Assembly: GCA_030390025.1 (NCBI GenBank)
Contig: JASTWF010000033.1
Coordinates: forward strand, 4,156,001-4,220,000
Source: Squalus acanthias
Taxonomy: Eukaryota
Length of the DNA stretch: 64,000 nt
Direction: 5' to 3'
Under the pieces are notes generated by a model. That model worked only from the letters and a program-made list of their open reading frames with translations. It did no database searches and was not told the origin of the DNA. Both the position numbers and the translations under genes were made by a program. This document shows positions 47,901 through 62,400 of this stretch, piece by piece; position 1 is the first letter of the stretch, and each line of letters opens with the position of its first letter.

Positions 47901-48862
47901 AGCACTGCACTGTTAGGACACAGACCTGTACAACCCCAGCACTGCACTGTTAGGACACAGACCTGTGCAACTCCAGCACTGCACTGTTAGGACACAGACC
48001 TGTACAACCACAGCACTGCACTGTTAGGACACAGACCTGTACAACCTCAGCACTGCACTGTTAGGACACAGACCTGTACAACCGAGCACTGCACTGTTAG
48101 GACACAGACCTGTAAAACCGGGCACTGCACTGTTAGGACACAGACCTGTACAACCCCAGCACTGCACTGTTAGGACACAGACCTGGAGAACCGAGCACTG
48201 CACTGTTAGGACACAGACCTGTACAACCCCAGCACTGCACTGTTAGGACACAGACCTGCCAACCCCAGCACTGCACTGTTAGGACACAGACCTGTACAAC
48301 CCCAGCACTGCACTGTTAGGACACAGACCTGTACAACACCAGCACTGCACTGTTAGGACACAGACCTGCACAACCCCAGCACTGCACTGTTAGGACACAG
48401 ACCTGTACAACCCAGCACTGCACTGTTAGGACACAGACCTGTACAACCCCAGCACTGCACTGTTAGGACACAGACCTGTACAACCCCAGCACTGCACTGT
48501 TAGGACACAGACCTGTACAACCCCAGCACTGCACTGTTAGGACACAGACCTGCACAACACCAGCACTGCACTGTTAGGACAAAGACTTGCACAACCCCAT
48601 CACTGCACTGTTAGGGCACAGATCTGTACAACCCCAGCACTGCACTGTTAGGACACAGACCTGTACAACCCCAGCACTGCACTGTTAGGACACAGACCTG
48701 GAGAACCGAGTACTGCATTGTTAGGACACAGACCTGCACAACCGCAACACTGCACTGTTAGGACACAGCCCTGGAGAACCGAGCACTGCACTGTTAGGAC
48801 ACAGACCTGTACAACCCCAGTACTGCACTGTTAGGACACAGACCTGCACAACCCCAGCACTG
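44920..48862. repeat. Compound minisatellite: 37-bp unit (agcactgcactgttaggacacagacctgtacaacccc) plus related longer variants
   Basis: Homogeneous 37-bp array at about 47750-48862; diverged variants upstream. Confidence 0.92.
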
Positions 48863-48865
48863 CTC

Positions 48866-49912
48866 TGTTTGACCGGTCACGGGGGTTTGACTGGTCCCGG
48901 GGGTTTGACCAGTCCTGGGGGTTTTGCCAGTCCCGGGGGTTTGACCGGTCCCGGGGGTTTGACCAGTCCTGGGGGTTTGATCAGTCCTGGGGTTTTGACT
49001 GGTCCCGGGGGTTTGACCGGTCCCGGGGGTTTGACCTGTCCCGGGGGTCTGACCGGTCCCTGGGGTTTCCACCGGTCCCGGGGATTTGACCAGTCCCGGG
49101 GGTTTAACCGGACCCGGGGCTTTGACCAGTCCCGGGGGTTTGTCCGGTCCCGGGGGTGTGACCAGTCCCTGGGGTTTGACCTGTCCCGGGGGTCTGACCG
49201 GTCCCGGGTGTGTGACCAGTCCCGGGTGTGTGACCAGTCCCGGGTGTGTGACCAGTCCCGGGTGTGTGACCAGTCCCGGGTGTTTGACCTGTCCCGGGGG
49301 TTTGACCGGTCCCGGGGGTTTGACCTGTCCCGGGGGTGTTACCGGTCCCGGGGGTTAGACCAGTCCCGGAAGTTTGACCAGTCCCGGGGGTTTGACCAGT
49401 CCCAGGGGGTTTGACCGGCCCCGGAGGTTTGACCGGCCCCGGAGGTTTGACCAGTCCCGGGGGATTGACCAGTCCCGGGTGTTTGACCAGTCCCGGGGGA
49501 TTGACCGGTTCCGGGGGTTTGACCGGTCCCGGGGGTTTGACCAGTCCCGGGAGTTTGACCAGTCCCAGGGGGTTTGACCGGCCCCGGAGGTTTGACCGGT
49601 CCCGGGGGTTTGACCAGTCCCGGGGGATTGACCAGTCCCGGGTGTTTGACCAGTTCCGGGGGTTTGACCGGTCCCGGGAGTTTGACCAGTCCCGGGGATT
49701 TCATTTGTCCCAGGGGTTTGACCAGTCCCGGGGGGTTTGACCGGTCCCGGGGGTGTGACCAGTCCCGGGGGTTTGACCGGACCCGGGGGTTTGACCGGTC
49801 CCGGGGGTGTGACCAGTCCCGGGGGTTTGACCGGACCCGGGGGTTTGACCAGTCCCAGGGGTTTGACCTGTACCGGGGGTTTGACCAGTCCCGGGGTTGT
49901 GACCTTTCCCGG
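48866..49912. repeat. 18-bp GC-rich minisatellite (gacc[a/g]gtcccgggggttt), about 58 copies
   Basis: Direct inspection; produces the PGTGQT / TSPGGL pseudo-ORFs. Confidence 0.95.
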
Positions 49913-50498
49913 GGCCTTGCTGAGGCCACACCTGGAGTATTGTGTGCAGTTTTGGTCTCCTAACTTGAGGAAGGACATTCTTGCTATTGAGGGAGTGCAA
50001 CGAAGGTTCACTAGATTGATTCCTGGGATGGCCAAACCGACATATCAAGAAAGACTGGATCAACTGAACTTGTATCCTCTGGAGTTCAGAAGAATGAGGG
50101 GGGATCTTATAGAGACATTTAAAATCCTGACCGGTTTAGACAAATTAGATGCGGGCAGAATGTTTACAATGTTAGGGAAAAATAAAACCAGGGGTCACAG
50201 TCTAAGGATAAAGGGGAAGCCATTTAAGACTGAGATGAGGAGGAACTTCTTCACCCAGAGAGTGGTGAATCTGTGGAATTCTCTACCACAGAAGGTTGTT
50301 GAGGCCTGTTCGCTAAATATATTCAAAAGGGAGTTAGATATGATACTCACAACTAGGGGGATCAAGGGGTATGGCGAGAAAGCAGGAATGGGGTACTGAG
50401 GTAGCATGTTCAGCCATGACCGCATTGAATGGCGGTGCAGGCTCGAAGGACCGAATGGTCTACTCCTGCACCTATTTTCGATGTTTCTATGTTTCTAT
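49913..50498 (+). mobile_element. CR1 LINE 3' end with an uninterrupted ORF2 C-terminus
   Basis: LRPHLEYCVQFWSP...GIKGYGEKAG open to stop at 50399; (atgtttct)n tail. Confidence 0.92.
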
Positions 50499-53400
50499 GG
50501 GTCTGTGAATGGAGCTGCATGGGTCTGTGAATTGAGCTGTCTGAGTCTGTGAATGGAGCTGTCTGTGTCTGTGAATGGAGCTGTCTGTGTCTGTGAATGG
50601 AGCTGTCTGGGTCTGTGAATGGAGATGTCTGAGTCTGTGAATGGAGCTGCCAGAGTCTGTAAATGGAGCTGTCTGGGTCTCTGAATTGAGCTGTCTGTGT
50701 ATATGAATTGAGCTGTCAGTGTCTGTAAATGGAGCTGTCTGGTTCTGTTAATGGAGCTGTCTGGATCTGTGAATGGAACAGTCTGTGTCTGTGAATGAGC
50801 TGTCTGGGTCTGTGAATGGAGCTGTCTGGTTCTGTGAATGGAGCGGTCTGTATCTGTGAATGGAGTTTTCTGGGCCTGTGAATGGAGATGTCTGGTTCTG
50901 TGAATGGAGATGTCTGGTTCTGTGAATGGAGATGTCTGGTTCTGTGAATGGAGATGTCTGGTTCTGTGAATGGAGCTGTCTGGTTCTGTGAATGGTGTTG
51001 TCTGGTCTGTGAATGGAGCTGGCTGGGTCTGTGAATGGAACTGTCTGAGGCTGTGAATGCAGATGTCTGGAATTGTGAATGGAGTTATCTGTGTCTGTGA
51101 ATGGAGCTGTCTGAGTCTGTGAATGGAGCTGTCTGGTTCTGTGAATGGAGCTGTCTGGGTCTGTGAATGGAGCTGTCTGGGTCTGTGAATGGAGCTGTCT
51201 GGGTCTGTGAATGGAGCTGTCTGAGTCTGTAAATAGAGCTGTCTGGGTCTGTGAATGGAGCTGCGAGAGTCTGTAAATGGAGCTGTCTGAGTCTGTAAAT
51301 GGAGCTGTCTGGATCTGTGAATGGAACTGTCTGTGTCTGTGAATGAGCTGTCTGGATCTGTGAAATGTGCTTTCTGTATCTGAAAATGGAGTTGTCTGGG
51401 TCTGTGAATAGAGCTGTCTGACTTTGTTAATGGAGCTGTCTGGGTCTGTGACCTGAGGTTTCAGAGTTTTTGAAGTCAGCCGTCTGGATCTTTGAATGGA
51501 GCTGTCTGTGTGTCTGAAATGAGCTTTTTGAGTTTCTGAATGGAGATGTCTGGGTCTGTCAAATGAATTGTCTGAATCTGTTCGTGAAATGAGCTGTCTG
51601 TTTTTTTCAAATTAGCTTTCCATGTCTGTGAATGTTGCTGTCTGGGTCTGTGAATGGATCTGTCGAGTCTGTGAAAGGAGCTGTCTGAGTCTGTGAATGG
51701 AGCTGTCTGAGTCTCTGAATGGAGCTATCGGGGTCTGTGAATGGAGCTGTCTGCGTCTGTGAATGGAGCTGTCTGAGTATGTGAATGGAGCTGTCTGGGT
51801 CGCTGAATGGAACTGTCTGGATCTGTGAATGGAGCTGACTGAGTCTGTGAATGGAGCTGTCTGAGTCTGTGAATGGAGCTATCTGGGTCTGTGAATGGAG
51901 CTGTCTGGGTCTGTGAATGGAGCTGTCTGAGTCTCTGAATCGAGCTGTCTGGGTCTGTGAATGGAGCTGTCTGGGTTTGTGAATGGAGGGGTCTGGGTCT
52001 GTGAATGGAGCTGTCTCATTCTCTGAATGGAGCTGTCTGTGTCTGTGAAAAGTGCTATCGAGGTCTCTGAAATGAACTTTCTGAGTCTGTAAATGGAGCT
52101 GTCTGGGTCTGTAAATGGAGCTGTTTTGGACTGTGAATGGAGCTGTCTGAGTCTGTGAATGGAGCTGTCTGTGTCTGTAAATGGAGCTGTTTGGGACTGT
52201 AAATGGAGCTGTTTGGGTCTGTGAATGGAGCTGTCTGAGTCTGTGAATGAGCTGTCTGGATCTGGGAAATGTGCTTTCTGGGTCTGAAAATGCAGTTGTC
52301 TGGGTCTGTGAATAGAGCTGTCTGACGTTGTTAATGGAGTAGTCTGGGTCTGTGACCTGAGCTTGCAGAGTCTTTGAAGTCAGCCGTCTGTATCTTTGAA
52401 TGGAGCAGTCTGAGTGTCTGAAATGAGCTTTTTGAATTTCTGAATGGAGATGTCTGGGTCTGTCAAATGAATTGTCTGAATCTGTACGTGAAATGAGCTT
52501 TCTGTTTTTTTCAAATTAGCTTTCCATGTCTGTGAATGTTGCTGTCTGAGTCTGTGAATGGAGCTATCTGGGTCTGTGAATGGAGCTGTCTGGGTCTCTG
52601 AATGAAACTGTCTAGGTCTGTGAATGGAGCTGTCTGGGTCTGTGAATGAGCTGTCTGGATCTGTGAAATGTGCTTTCTGTATCTGAAAATGGAGTTGTCT
52701 GGGTCTGTGAATAGAGCTGTCTGACTTTGTTAATGGAGCTGTCTGGGTCTGTGACCTGAGGTTTCAGAGTTTTTGAAGTCAGCCGTCTGGATCTTTGAAT
52801 GGAGCTGTCTGTGTGTCTGAAATGAGCTTTTTGAGTTTCTGAATGGAGATGTCTGGGTCTGTCAAATGAATTGTCTGAATCTGTTCGTGAAATGAGCTGT
52901 CTGTTTTTTTCAAATTAGCTTTCCATGTCTGTGAATGTTGCTGTCTGGGTCTGTGAATGGATCTGTCGAGTCTGTGAAAGGAGCTGTCTGAGTCTGTGAA
53001 TGGAGCTGTCTGAGTCTCTGAATGGAGCTGTCTGGGTCTGTGAATGGAGCTGTCTGCGTCTGTGAATGGAGCTGTCTGAGTCTGTGAATGGAGCTGTCTG
53101 GGTCGCTGAATGGAACTGTCTGGTCTGTGAATGGAGCTGACTGAGTCTGTGAATGGAGCTGTCTGAGTCTGTGAATGGAGCTATCTGGGTCTGTGAATGG
53201 AGCTGTCTGGGTCTGTGAATGGAGCTGTCTGAGTCTCTGAATCGAGCTGTCTGGGTCTGTGAATGGAGCTGTCTGGGTCTGTGAATGGAGCTGTCTGGGT
53301 CTGTGAATGGAGCTGTCTGGGTCTCTGAATGGAGCTGTCTGTGTCTGTGAATGGAGCTATCGAGGTCTCTGAAATGAACTTTCTGAGTCTGTAAATGGAG

Positions 53401-56400
53401 CTGTCTGGGTCTGTAAATGGAGCTGTTTGGGTCTGTGAATGGAGCTGTCTGAGTCTGTGAATGGAGCTGTCTGTGTCTGTAATGGAGCTGTTTGGGTCTG
53501 TAAATGGAGCTGTTTGGGTCTGTGAATGGAGCTGTCTGAGTCTGTGAATGAGCTGTCTGGATCTGGGAAATGTGCTTTCTGGGTCTGAAAATGCAGTTGT
53601 CTGGGTCTGTGAATAGAGCTGTCTGACGTTGTTAATGGAGTAGTCTGGGTCTGTGACCTGAGCTTGCAGAGTCTTTGAAGTCAGCCGTCTGTATCTTTGA
53701 ATGGAGCAGTCTGAGTGTCTGAAATGAGCTTTTTGAATTTCTGAATGGAGATGTCTGGGTCTGTCAAATGAATTGTCTGAATCTGTACGTGAAATGAGCT
53801 TTCTGTTTTTTTCAAATTAGCTTTCCATGTCTGTGAATGTTGCTGTCTGAGTCTGTGAATGGAGCTATCTGGGTCTGTGAATGGAGCTGTCTGGGTCTCT
53901 GAATGAAACTGTCTAGGTCTGTGAATGGAGCTGTCTGGGTCTGTGAATGGAGCCGTCTGAGTCTGTGAATGCAGATGTCTGGGTCTGTGAATGGAGGTAT
54001 CTGTGTCTGTGAATGGAGCTGTCTGGGTCTGTGAATGGAGCTGTCTGGGTCTGTGAATGGAGCTGTCTGGGTCTGTGAATAGAGCTGTCTGACGTTGTTA
54101 ATGGAGCAGTCTGGGTCTGTGACCTGAGCTTGCAGAGTCTTTGAAGTCAGCCGTCTGTATCTTTGAATGGAGCAGTCTGAGTCTCTGAATGGATGTGTCT
54201 GTGTCTGTGAATGGAGCTGTCTGAGTCTGTGAATGGAGCTGTCTGAGTCTGTGAATGGAGCTATCTGGGTCTGTGATTGGAGCTGTCTGGGTCTCTGAAT
54301 GAAACTGTCTGGGTCTGTGAATGGAGCTGTCTGAGTATGTGAATGGAGCAGTCTGGGTCTCTGAATGGACCTGTCTGGGTCTGTGAATGGAGCTTACCGA
54401 GTCTGTGAATGGAGGTGTCTGGGTCTGTGAATGGAGGGGTCTGGGTCTGTGAATGGTTCTGTCTGGGTCTGTGAATGGAGCTGTCTGGATCTGTGAAATA
54501 TACTTTCGGAGTCTCTGAATGGAACTGTCTGTGTCTGTGAATGGTGCTATCTAGGTCTCTGAAATGAACTATCTGAGTCTGTAAATGGAGCTGTCTGGGT
54601 CTGTAAATGTAGCTGTCTGGGTCTGTAAATGGAGCTGTTTGGGACTGTGAATGGAGCTGTCTGAGTCTGTGAATGGAGCTGTCTGTGTCTGCAAATGGAG
54701 CTGTCTGGGTCTGTGAATGGAGCTGCCAGAGTCTGTAATGAAGCTGACTGGGTCTGTGAATGGAGCTGTCTGAGTCTTTGAATGGAGCTGTCTGGGTCTG
54801 TAAATGGAGCTGTTGGGTCTGTGAATGGAGCTGTCTCGGTCTGTGAATGGAGCTGTCTGGGTCTGTGAAAGAAGCTGTCTGGGTCTGTGAATGGAGCTCT
54901 CTGTATCTGTGAATGGAGCTGTCTGAGTCTGTGAATGGGATGTCTAGGTCTGTGAATGGAGCTGTCTGGGTCTGTGAATGGAGCTGTCTGGGTCTGTGAA
55001 TGGATCTGTCTGGTTCTGTGAATGGAGCTGTCTGGGTCTGTGAATGGAGCAGCGAGAGTATGTGAATGGAGATGCGAGAGTCTGTAAATGGAGCTGTCTG
55101 GGTCTCTGAATGGAGCTGTCTGTGTCTGTGAATTGAGCTTTCAGTGTCTGTAAATTGAGCTGTTTGGGTCTTTGAATACAGCTGCCTGTTTCTGTGAATG
55201 GAGCTGTCTGGATCTGTGAATGGAACTGTCTGTGTCTGTGAATGAGCTGTCTGGGTCTGTGATTGGAACTGTCTGAGTCTGTGACTGGAGCTGTCTGGAT
55301 CCGTGAATGGAACTGTCTGTGATGTGAATGGAGCTGTCTGGGTCTGTGAATGGAGCTGTCTGAGTCTGTAAATATAGCTGTCTGTATCTGTGAATGGAAC
55401 TGTCTGTGTCTTTGAATGAGCTGTCTGGATCTGTGAAATGTGTTGTCTGGGTCTAAAAATGGAGTTGTCTCGGTCTGTGAATAGAGCTGTCTGGGTCTGT
55501 AATGGAGCTGTTATGGGTCTGTGAATGGAGCTTTCTGAGTCTGTGAATGGAGCGTCTGAGTCTGTGAATGGAGCTGTCTGAGTCTCTGAATGAGCTTTAT
55601 GAGTTTGTAATGGAGCTGTTGGGTCTGTAATGAGCTGTCTGGGTCTGTGAATGAGCTGTCTAGTTCTGTGAATGGAGCTTTCTGAGTCTGTGATGCTGTC
55701 TGGGTCTGTGAATGGATCTGTCTGGGTCTGTGAATGGAGCTGTCTGGGTCTGTGAATGGAGCTGTCTGAGTCTGTGAATGGAGCTGTCTGGTCTGTGAAT
55801 GGAGCTGTCTGGGTCTGTGAATGGAACTGTCTGGGTCTGTGAATGGAGCTGTCTGGTCTGTGAATGGAGCTGTCTGGGTCTGTGAATGGAGCTGTCTGGG
55901 TCTGTGAATGGAGCTGTCTGGGTCTGTGAATGGAGCTGTCTGGGTCTGTGAATGGAGCTGTCTGGGTCTGTGAATGGAGCTGTCTGGGTCTGTGAATGGA
56001 GCTGTTTTGGTCTGTGAATGGTGCTGTCTGAGTCTGTGAATGGAGCTGTCTGGGTCTGTGAATGGAGCTGTCTGGGTCTGTGAATGGAGCTGTCTGAGTC
56101 TGTGGATGGAGCTGTCTGGGTCTGTGAATGGAGCTGTCTGGGTCTGTGAATGGAGCTGTCTGGGTCTGTGAATGGAGATGTCTGAATCTGCGAATGGAGC
56201 TGCCAGAGTCTGTAAATGGAGCTTACTCGGTCTGTTAATGGAGCTGTCTAGGCCTGTGAAAGAAGCTGTCTGGGTCTGTGAATGGAGCTGTCTATTTCTG
56301 TGAATGGAGCTGCCTGAATCTGTAAATGGAGCTGTCTGTGTCTGTGAATGGTGTTGTCTGGGTCTGTGAATGGAGCTGGCTGGGTCTGTGAATGGAACTG

Positions 56401-59400
56401 TCTGAGGCTGTGAATGCAGATGTCTGGAATTGTGAATGGAGTTATCTGTGTCTGTGAATGGAGCTGTCTGAGTCTGTGAATGGAGCTGTCTGGTTCTGTG
56501 AATGGAGCTGTCTGGGTCTGTGAATGGAGCTGTCTGGGTCTGTGAATGGAGCTGTCTGGGTCTGTGAATGGAGCTGTCTGAGTCTGTAAATAGAGCTGTC
56601 TGGGTCTGTGAATGGAGCTGCGAGAGTCTGTAAATGGAGCTGTCTGAGTCTGTAAATGGAGCTGTCTCGATCTGTGAATGGAACTGTCTGTGTCTGTGAA
56701 TGAGCTGTCTGGATCTGTGAAATGTGCTTTCTGTATCTGAAAATGGAGTTGTCTGGGTCTGTGAATAGAGCTGTCTGACTTTGTTAATGGAGCTGTCTGG
56801 GTCTGTGACCTGAGGTTTCAGAGTTTTTGAAGTCAGCCGTCTGGATCTTTGAATGGAGCTGTCTGTGTGTCTGAAATGAGCTTTTTGAGTTTCTGAATGG
56901 AGATGTCTGGGTCTGTCAAATGAATTGTCTGAATCTGTTCGTGAAATGAGCTGTCTGTTTTTTTCAAATTAGCTTTCCATGTCTGTGAATGTTGCTGTCT
57001 GGGTCTGTGAATGGATCTGTCTGAGTCTGTGAAAGGAGCTGTCTGAGTCTGTAAATGGAGCTGTCTGAGTCTCTGAATGGAGCTATCGGGGTCTGTGAAT
57101 GGAGCTGTCTGCGTCTGTGAATGGAGCTGTCTGAGTATGTGAATGGAGCTGTCTGAGTCTGTGAATGGAGCTATCTGGGTCTGTGAATGGAGCTGTCTGG
57201 GTCTGTGAATGGAGCTGTCTGAGTCTCTGAATCGAGCTGTCTGGGTCTGTGAATGGAGCTGTCTGGGTTTGTGAATGGAGGGGTCTGGGTCTGTGAATGG
57301 AGCTGTCTCATTCTCTGAATGGAGCTGTCTGTGTCTGTGAATGGTGCTATCGAGGTCTCTGAAATGAACTTTCTGAGTCTGTAAATGGAGCTGTCTGGGT
57401 CTGTAAATGGAGCTGTTTTGGACTGTGAATGGAGCTGTCTGAGTCTGTGAATGGAGCTGTCTGTGTCTGTAAATGGAGCTGTTTGGGACTGTAAATGGAG
57501 CTGTTTGGGTCTGTGAATGGAGCTGTCTGAGTCTGTGAATGAGCTGTCTGGATCTGGGAAATGTGCTTTCTGGGTCTGAAAATGCAGTTGTCTGGGTCTG
57601 TGAATAGAGCTGTCTGACGTTGTTGATGGAGCAGTCTGGGTCTGTGACCTGAGCTTGCAGAGTCTTTGAAGTCAGCCGTCTGTATCTTTGAATGGAGCAG
57701 TCTGAGTGTCTGAAATGAGCTTTTTGAAAATCTGAATGGAGATGTCTGGGTCTGTCAAATGAATTGTCTGAATCTGTACGTGAAATGAGCTGTCTGTTTG
57801 TTTCAAATTAGCTTTCCATGTCTGTGAATGTTGCTGTCTGAGTCTGTGAATGGAGCTATCTGGGTCTGTGAATGGAGCTGTCTGGGTCTCTGAATGAAAC
57901 TGTCTGGGTTTGTGAATGGAGCTGTCTGGGTCTGTGAATGGAGCTGTCTGAGTCTGTGAATGCAGATGTCTGGGTCTGTGAATGGAGGTATCTGTGTCTG
58001 TGAATGGAGCTGTCTGAGTCTGTGAATGGAGATGTTTGGGTCTTTGAATGGAGCTGTCTGTGTCTGCGAATGGAGCTGTCTGTATCTGTGAATGGAGCTG
58101 CCTGTGTCTGTGAATGAACTGTCTGGGTCTGTGATTGGAGCTGTCTGAGTCTTTGAATGGAGCTATCTGTGTCTGTGAATGAGCTGTCTGGGACTGTAAA
58201 TGGTGCCATCTGGGTCTGTGAATGGAGCTGTCTGAGTCTGTAAATGGAGCTGTCTGGATCTGTGAATGGAACTGGCTGTGTCTGTGAATGAGCTGTCTGG
58301 ATCTGTGAAATGTGCTTTCTGGGTCAGAAAATGCAGTTGTCTGGGTCTGTGAATAGAGCTGTCTGACGTTGTTAATGGAGCTGTCTGGGTCTGTGAATGG
58401 AGCTGTCTGTGTCTGTAAATGGAGCTGTTTGGGTCTGTGAATGGAGCTGTCTGAGTCTGTGAATGGATCTGTCTGGGTCTGTGAATGGAGCTGTCTGGTT
58501 CTGTGAATAGAGCTGTCTGGGTCTGTGAATGGATCTGTCTGGTCTGTGAATGGAGCTATCTTTGTCTGTGAATGGACATGTCTGGTTCTGTGAATGGAGC
58601 TGTCTGGGTCTGTGAGAGGAGCTGTTTGGGTCTGTGAATGGAGCTGTCTGGGTCTGTGAATGGAGCTGTCTGGGTCTGTGAATGGAGCTGTCTGGGTCTG
58701 TGAATAGAGCTGTCTGACGTTGTTAATTGAGCAGTCTGGGTCTGTGATCTGAGCTTGCAGAGTCTTTGAAGTCAGCCATCTGTATCTTTGAATGGAGCAG
58801 TCTGAGTCTGTGAATGGATGTGTCTGTGTCTGTGAATGGAGCTGTCTGAGTCTGTGAATGGAGCTGTCTGAGTCTGTGAATGGAGCTATCTGGGTCTGTG
58901 AATGGAGCTGTCTGGGTCTCTGAATGAAACTGTCTGGGTCTGTGAATGGAGCTGTCTGAGTCTGTGAATGGAGCAGTCTGGGTCTCTGAATGGACCTGTC
59001 TGGGTCTGTGAATGGAGCTTACTGAGTCTGTGAATGGAGGTGTCTGGGTCTGTGAATGGAGGGGTCTGGGTCTGTGAATGGTTCTGTCTGGGTCTGTGAA
59101 TGGAGCTGTCTGGATCTGTGAAATAAACTTTCGTAGTCTCTGAATGGAACTGCCTGTGTCTGTGAATGGTGCTATCTAGGTCTCTGAAATGAACTATCTG
59201 AGTCTGTAAATGGAGCTGTCTGGGACTGTAAATGGAGCTGTCTGGGTCTGTGAATGGAGCTGCCAGAGTCTGTAAATGGAGCTGACTGGGTCTGTGAATG
59301 GAGCTGTCTGAGTCTGTAAATATAGCTGTCTGTATCTGCGAATGGAACTGTCTGTGATGTGAATGGAGCTGTCTGGGTCTGTGAATGGAGCTGTCTGAGT

Positions 59401-62400
59401 CTGTAAATATAGCTGTCTGTATCTGTGAATGGAACTGTCTGTGTCTTTGAATGAGCTGTCTGGATCTGTGAAATGTGTTGTCTGGGTCTAAAAATGGAGT
59501 TGTCTTGGTCTGTGAATAGAGCTGTCTGACGTTGTTAATGGAGGAGCTGACTGGGTCTGTGACCTGAGCTTTCAGAGTCTTTGAAGTCAGCCGTCTGGAT
59601 CTTTGAATGGAGCTGTCGGTGTGTCTGAAATGAGCTTTTTGAGTTTCTGAATGCAGATGTCTGGGTCTGTCAAATTAATTGTCTAAATCTGTTCGTGAAA
59701 TGAGCTGTCTGCTTTTTTCAAATTAGCTTTCCATGTCTGTGAATGTTGGTGTCTGAGTCTGTGAATGGATCTGTCCAGGTCAGTGAATGGAGCTGTCTGA
59801 GACTGTGAATGGATCTGTCTGAGTCTGTGAATGGAGCTATCTGGGTCTGTGAATGGAGCTGTCTGGGTTTCTGAATGGAACTGTCTGGGTCTGTGAATGG
59901 AGCTGTCTGAGTCTGTGAATGGAGCTGTCTGTGTCTGTGAATGGAGCTGTCTGAGTCTGTGAATGGAGCTGCCTGGGTCTGTGAATGAAGGTGTCTGGGT
60001 CTGTGAATGGAGCTGTCTGAGTCTGTGAATGGAGCTGTCTGGGTCTGTGAATGGAGCTGTCTGGGTCTGTGAATGGTGCTGTCTGAGTCTGTGAATGGAG
60101 CTGTCTGGGTCTGTGAATGGAGCTGTCCGGGTCTGTGAATGGAGCTGTCTGGGTCTGTGAATGGATCTGTCTGGGTCTGTGAATGGATCTTTCTGGGTCT
60201 GTGAATAGAGCTGTCTGGATCTGTGAATGGAGCTGTCTGGGTCTGTGAATGGAGCTGTCTGAATCTGTAATTGGAGCTGTCTGCGTCTGTAAATGGAGCT
60301 GTTTGGGTCTGTGAATGGAGCTGTCTGTGTCTGTGAATGGAGCTGACTGTGTCTGTGAATGGAGCTGTCTGAGTCTGTGAATGGAGCCATCTGTGCCTGT
60401 GAATGAGCTGTCTGGGTCTGTGAATGTAGCTGTCTGAGTCTTTGAATGGAGCTATCTGTGTCTGTGAATGAGCTGTCTGGGACTGTAAATGGTGCCATCT
60501 GGGTCTGTGAATGGAGCTGTCTGAGTCTGTAAATGGAGCTGTCTGGATCTGTGAATGGAACTGGCTGTGTCTGTGAATGAGCTGTCTGGATCTGTGAAAT
60601 GTGCTTTCTGGGTCTGAAAATGCAGTTGTCTGGGTCTGTGAATAGAGCTGTCTGACGTTGTTAATGGAGCTGTCTGGGTCTGTGAATGGAGCTGTCTGTG
60701 TCTGTAAATGGAGCTGTTTGGGTCTGTGAATGGAGCTGTCTGAGTCTGTGAATGGATCTGTCTGGGTCTGTGAATGGAGCTGTCTGGATCTGTGAATGCA
60801 AATGTCTGCGTCTGTGAATGGAGCTATCTTTGTCTGTGAATGGAGATGTCTGGTTCTGTGAATGGAGCTGTCTGGGTCTGTGAGGGGAGCTGTTTGGGTC
60901 TGTGAATGGAGCTGTCTGGGTCTGTGAATGGAGCTGTCTGGGTCTGTGAATGCAGCTGTCTGGGTCTGTGAATAGAGCTGTCTGACGTTGTTAATGGAGC
61001 AGTCTGGGTCTGTGACCTGAGCTTGCAGAGTCTTTGAAGTCAGCCGTCTGTATCTTTGAATGGAGCAGTCTGAGTCTGTGAATGGATGTGTCTGTGTCTG
61101 TGAATGGAGCTGTCTGAGTCTGTGAATGGAGCTGTCTGAGTCTGTGAATGGAGCTATCTGGGTCTGTGAATGGAGCTGTCTGGGTCTCTGAATGAAACTG
61201 TCTGGGTCTGTGAATGGAGCTGTCTGAGTCTGTGAATGGAGCAGTCTGGGTCTCTGAATGGACCTGTCTGGCTCTGTGATTGGAGCTTACTGAGTCTGTG
61301 AATGGAGGTGTCTGGGTCTGTGAATGGAGGGGTCTGGGTCTGTGAATGGTTCTGTCTGGGTCTGTGAATGGAGCTGTCTGGATCTGTGAAATAAACTTTC
61401 GTAGTCTCTGAATGGAACTGCCTGTGTCTGTGAATGGTGCTATCTAGGTCTCTGAAATGAACTATCTGAGTCTGTAAATGGAGCTGTCTGGGTCTGTAAA
61501 TGGAGCTGTCTGGGTCTGTAAATGGAGCTGTTTGGGTCTGTGAATGGAGCTGTCTGAGTCTGTGAATGGAGCTGTCTGTGTCTGTAAATGGAGCTGTCTG
61601 GGTCTGTGAATGGAGCTGCCAGAGTCTGTAAATGGAGCTGACTGGGTCTGTGAATGGAGCTGTCTGAGTCTTTAAATGGAGCTGTCTGGGTCTGTAAATG
61701 GAGCTGTTTGGGTCTGTAAATGGAGCTGACTCGGTCTGTGAATGGAGCTGTCTGGGTCTGTGAAAGAAGCTGTCTGGGTCTGTGAATGGAGCTGTCTGTA
61801 TCTGTGAATGGAGCTGTCTGAGTCTGTGAATGGGGATGTCTAGTTCTGTGAATGGAGCCGTCTAGGTCTGTGAATGGAGCTGTCTGGGTCTGTGAATGGA
61901 TCTGTCTGGTTCTGTGAATGGAGCTGTCTGGGTCTGTGAATGGAGCAGCGAGAGTATGTGAATGGAGATGCGAGAGTCTGTAAATGGAGCTGTCTGGGTC
62001 TCTGAATGGAGCTGTCTGTGTCTGTGAATTGAGCTTTCAGTATCTGTAAATGGAGCTGTTTGGGTCTTTGAATACAGCTGCCTGTTTCCGTGAATGGAAC
62101 TGTCTGTGATGTGAATGGAGCTGTCTGGGTCTGTGAATGGAGCTGTCTGAGTCTGTAAATATAGCTGTCTGTATCTGTGAATGGAACTGTCTGTGTCTTT
62201 GAATGAGCTGTCTGGATCTGTGAAATGTGTTGTCTGTGTCTAAAAATGGAGTTGTCTTGGTCTGTGAATAGAGTTGTCTGACGTTGTTAATGGAGCTGAA
62301 TGGGTCTGTGACCTGAGCTTTCAGAGTCTTTGAAGTCAGCCGTCTGGATCTTTGAATGGAGCTGTCGGTGTGTCTGAAATGAGCTTTTTGAGTTTCTGAA

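Noticed and set aside
48794..50063. Long Pro/Gly/Thr-repeat ORFs (PGTGQT, TSPGGL) resembling structural proteins
   Set aside because: Translations of an 18-bp minisatellite in several frames on both strands; the 220-aa ORF is a chance fusion with CR1
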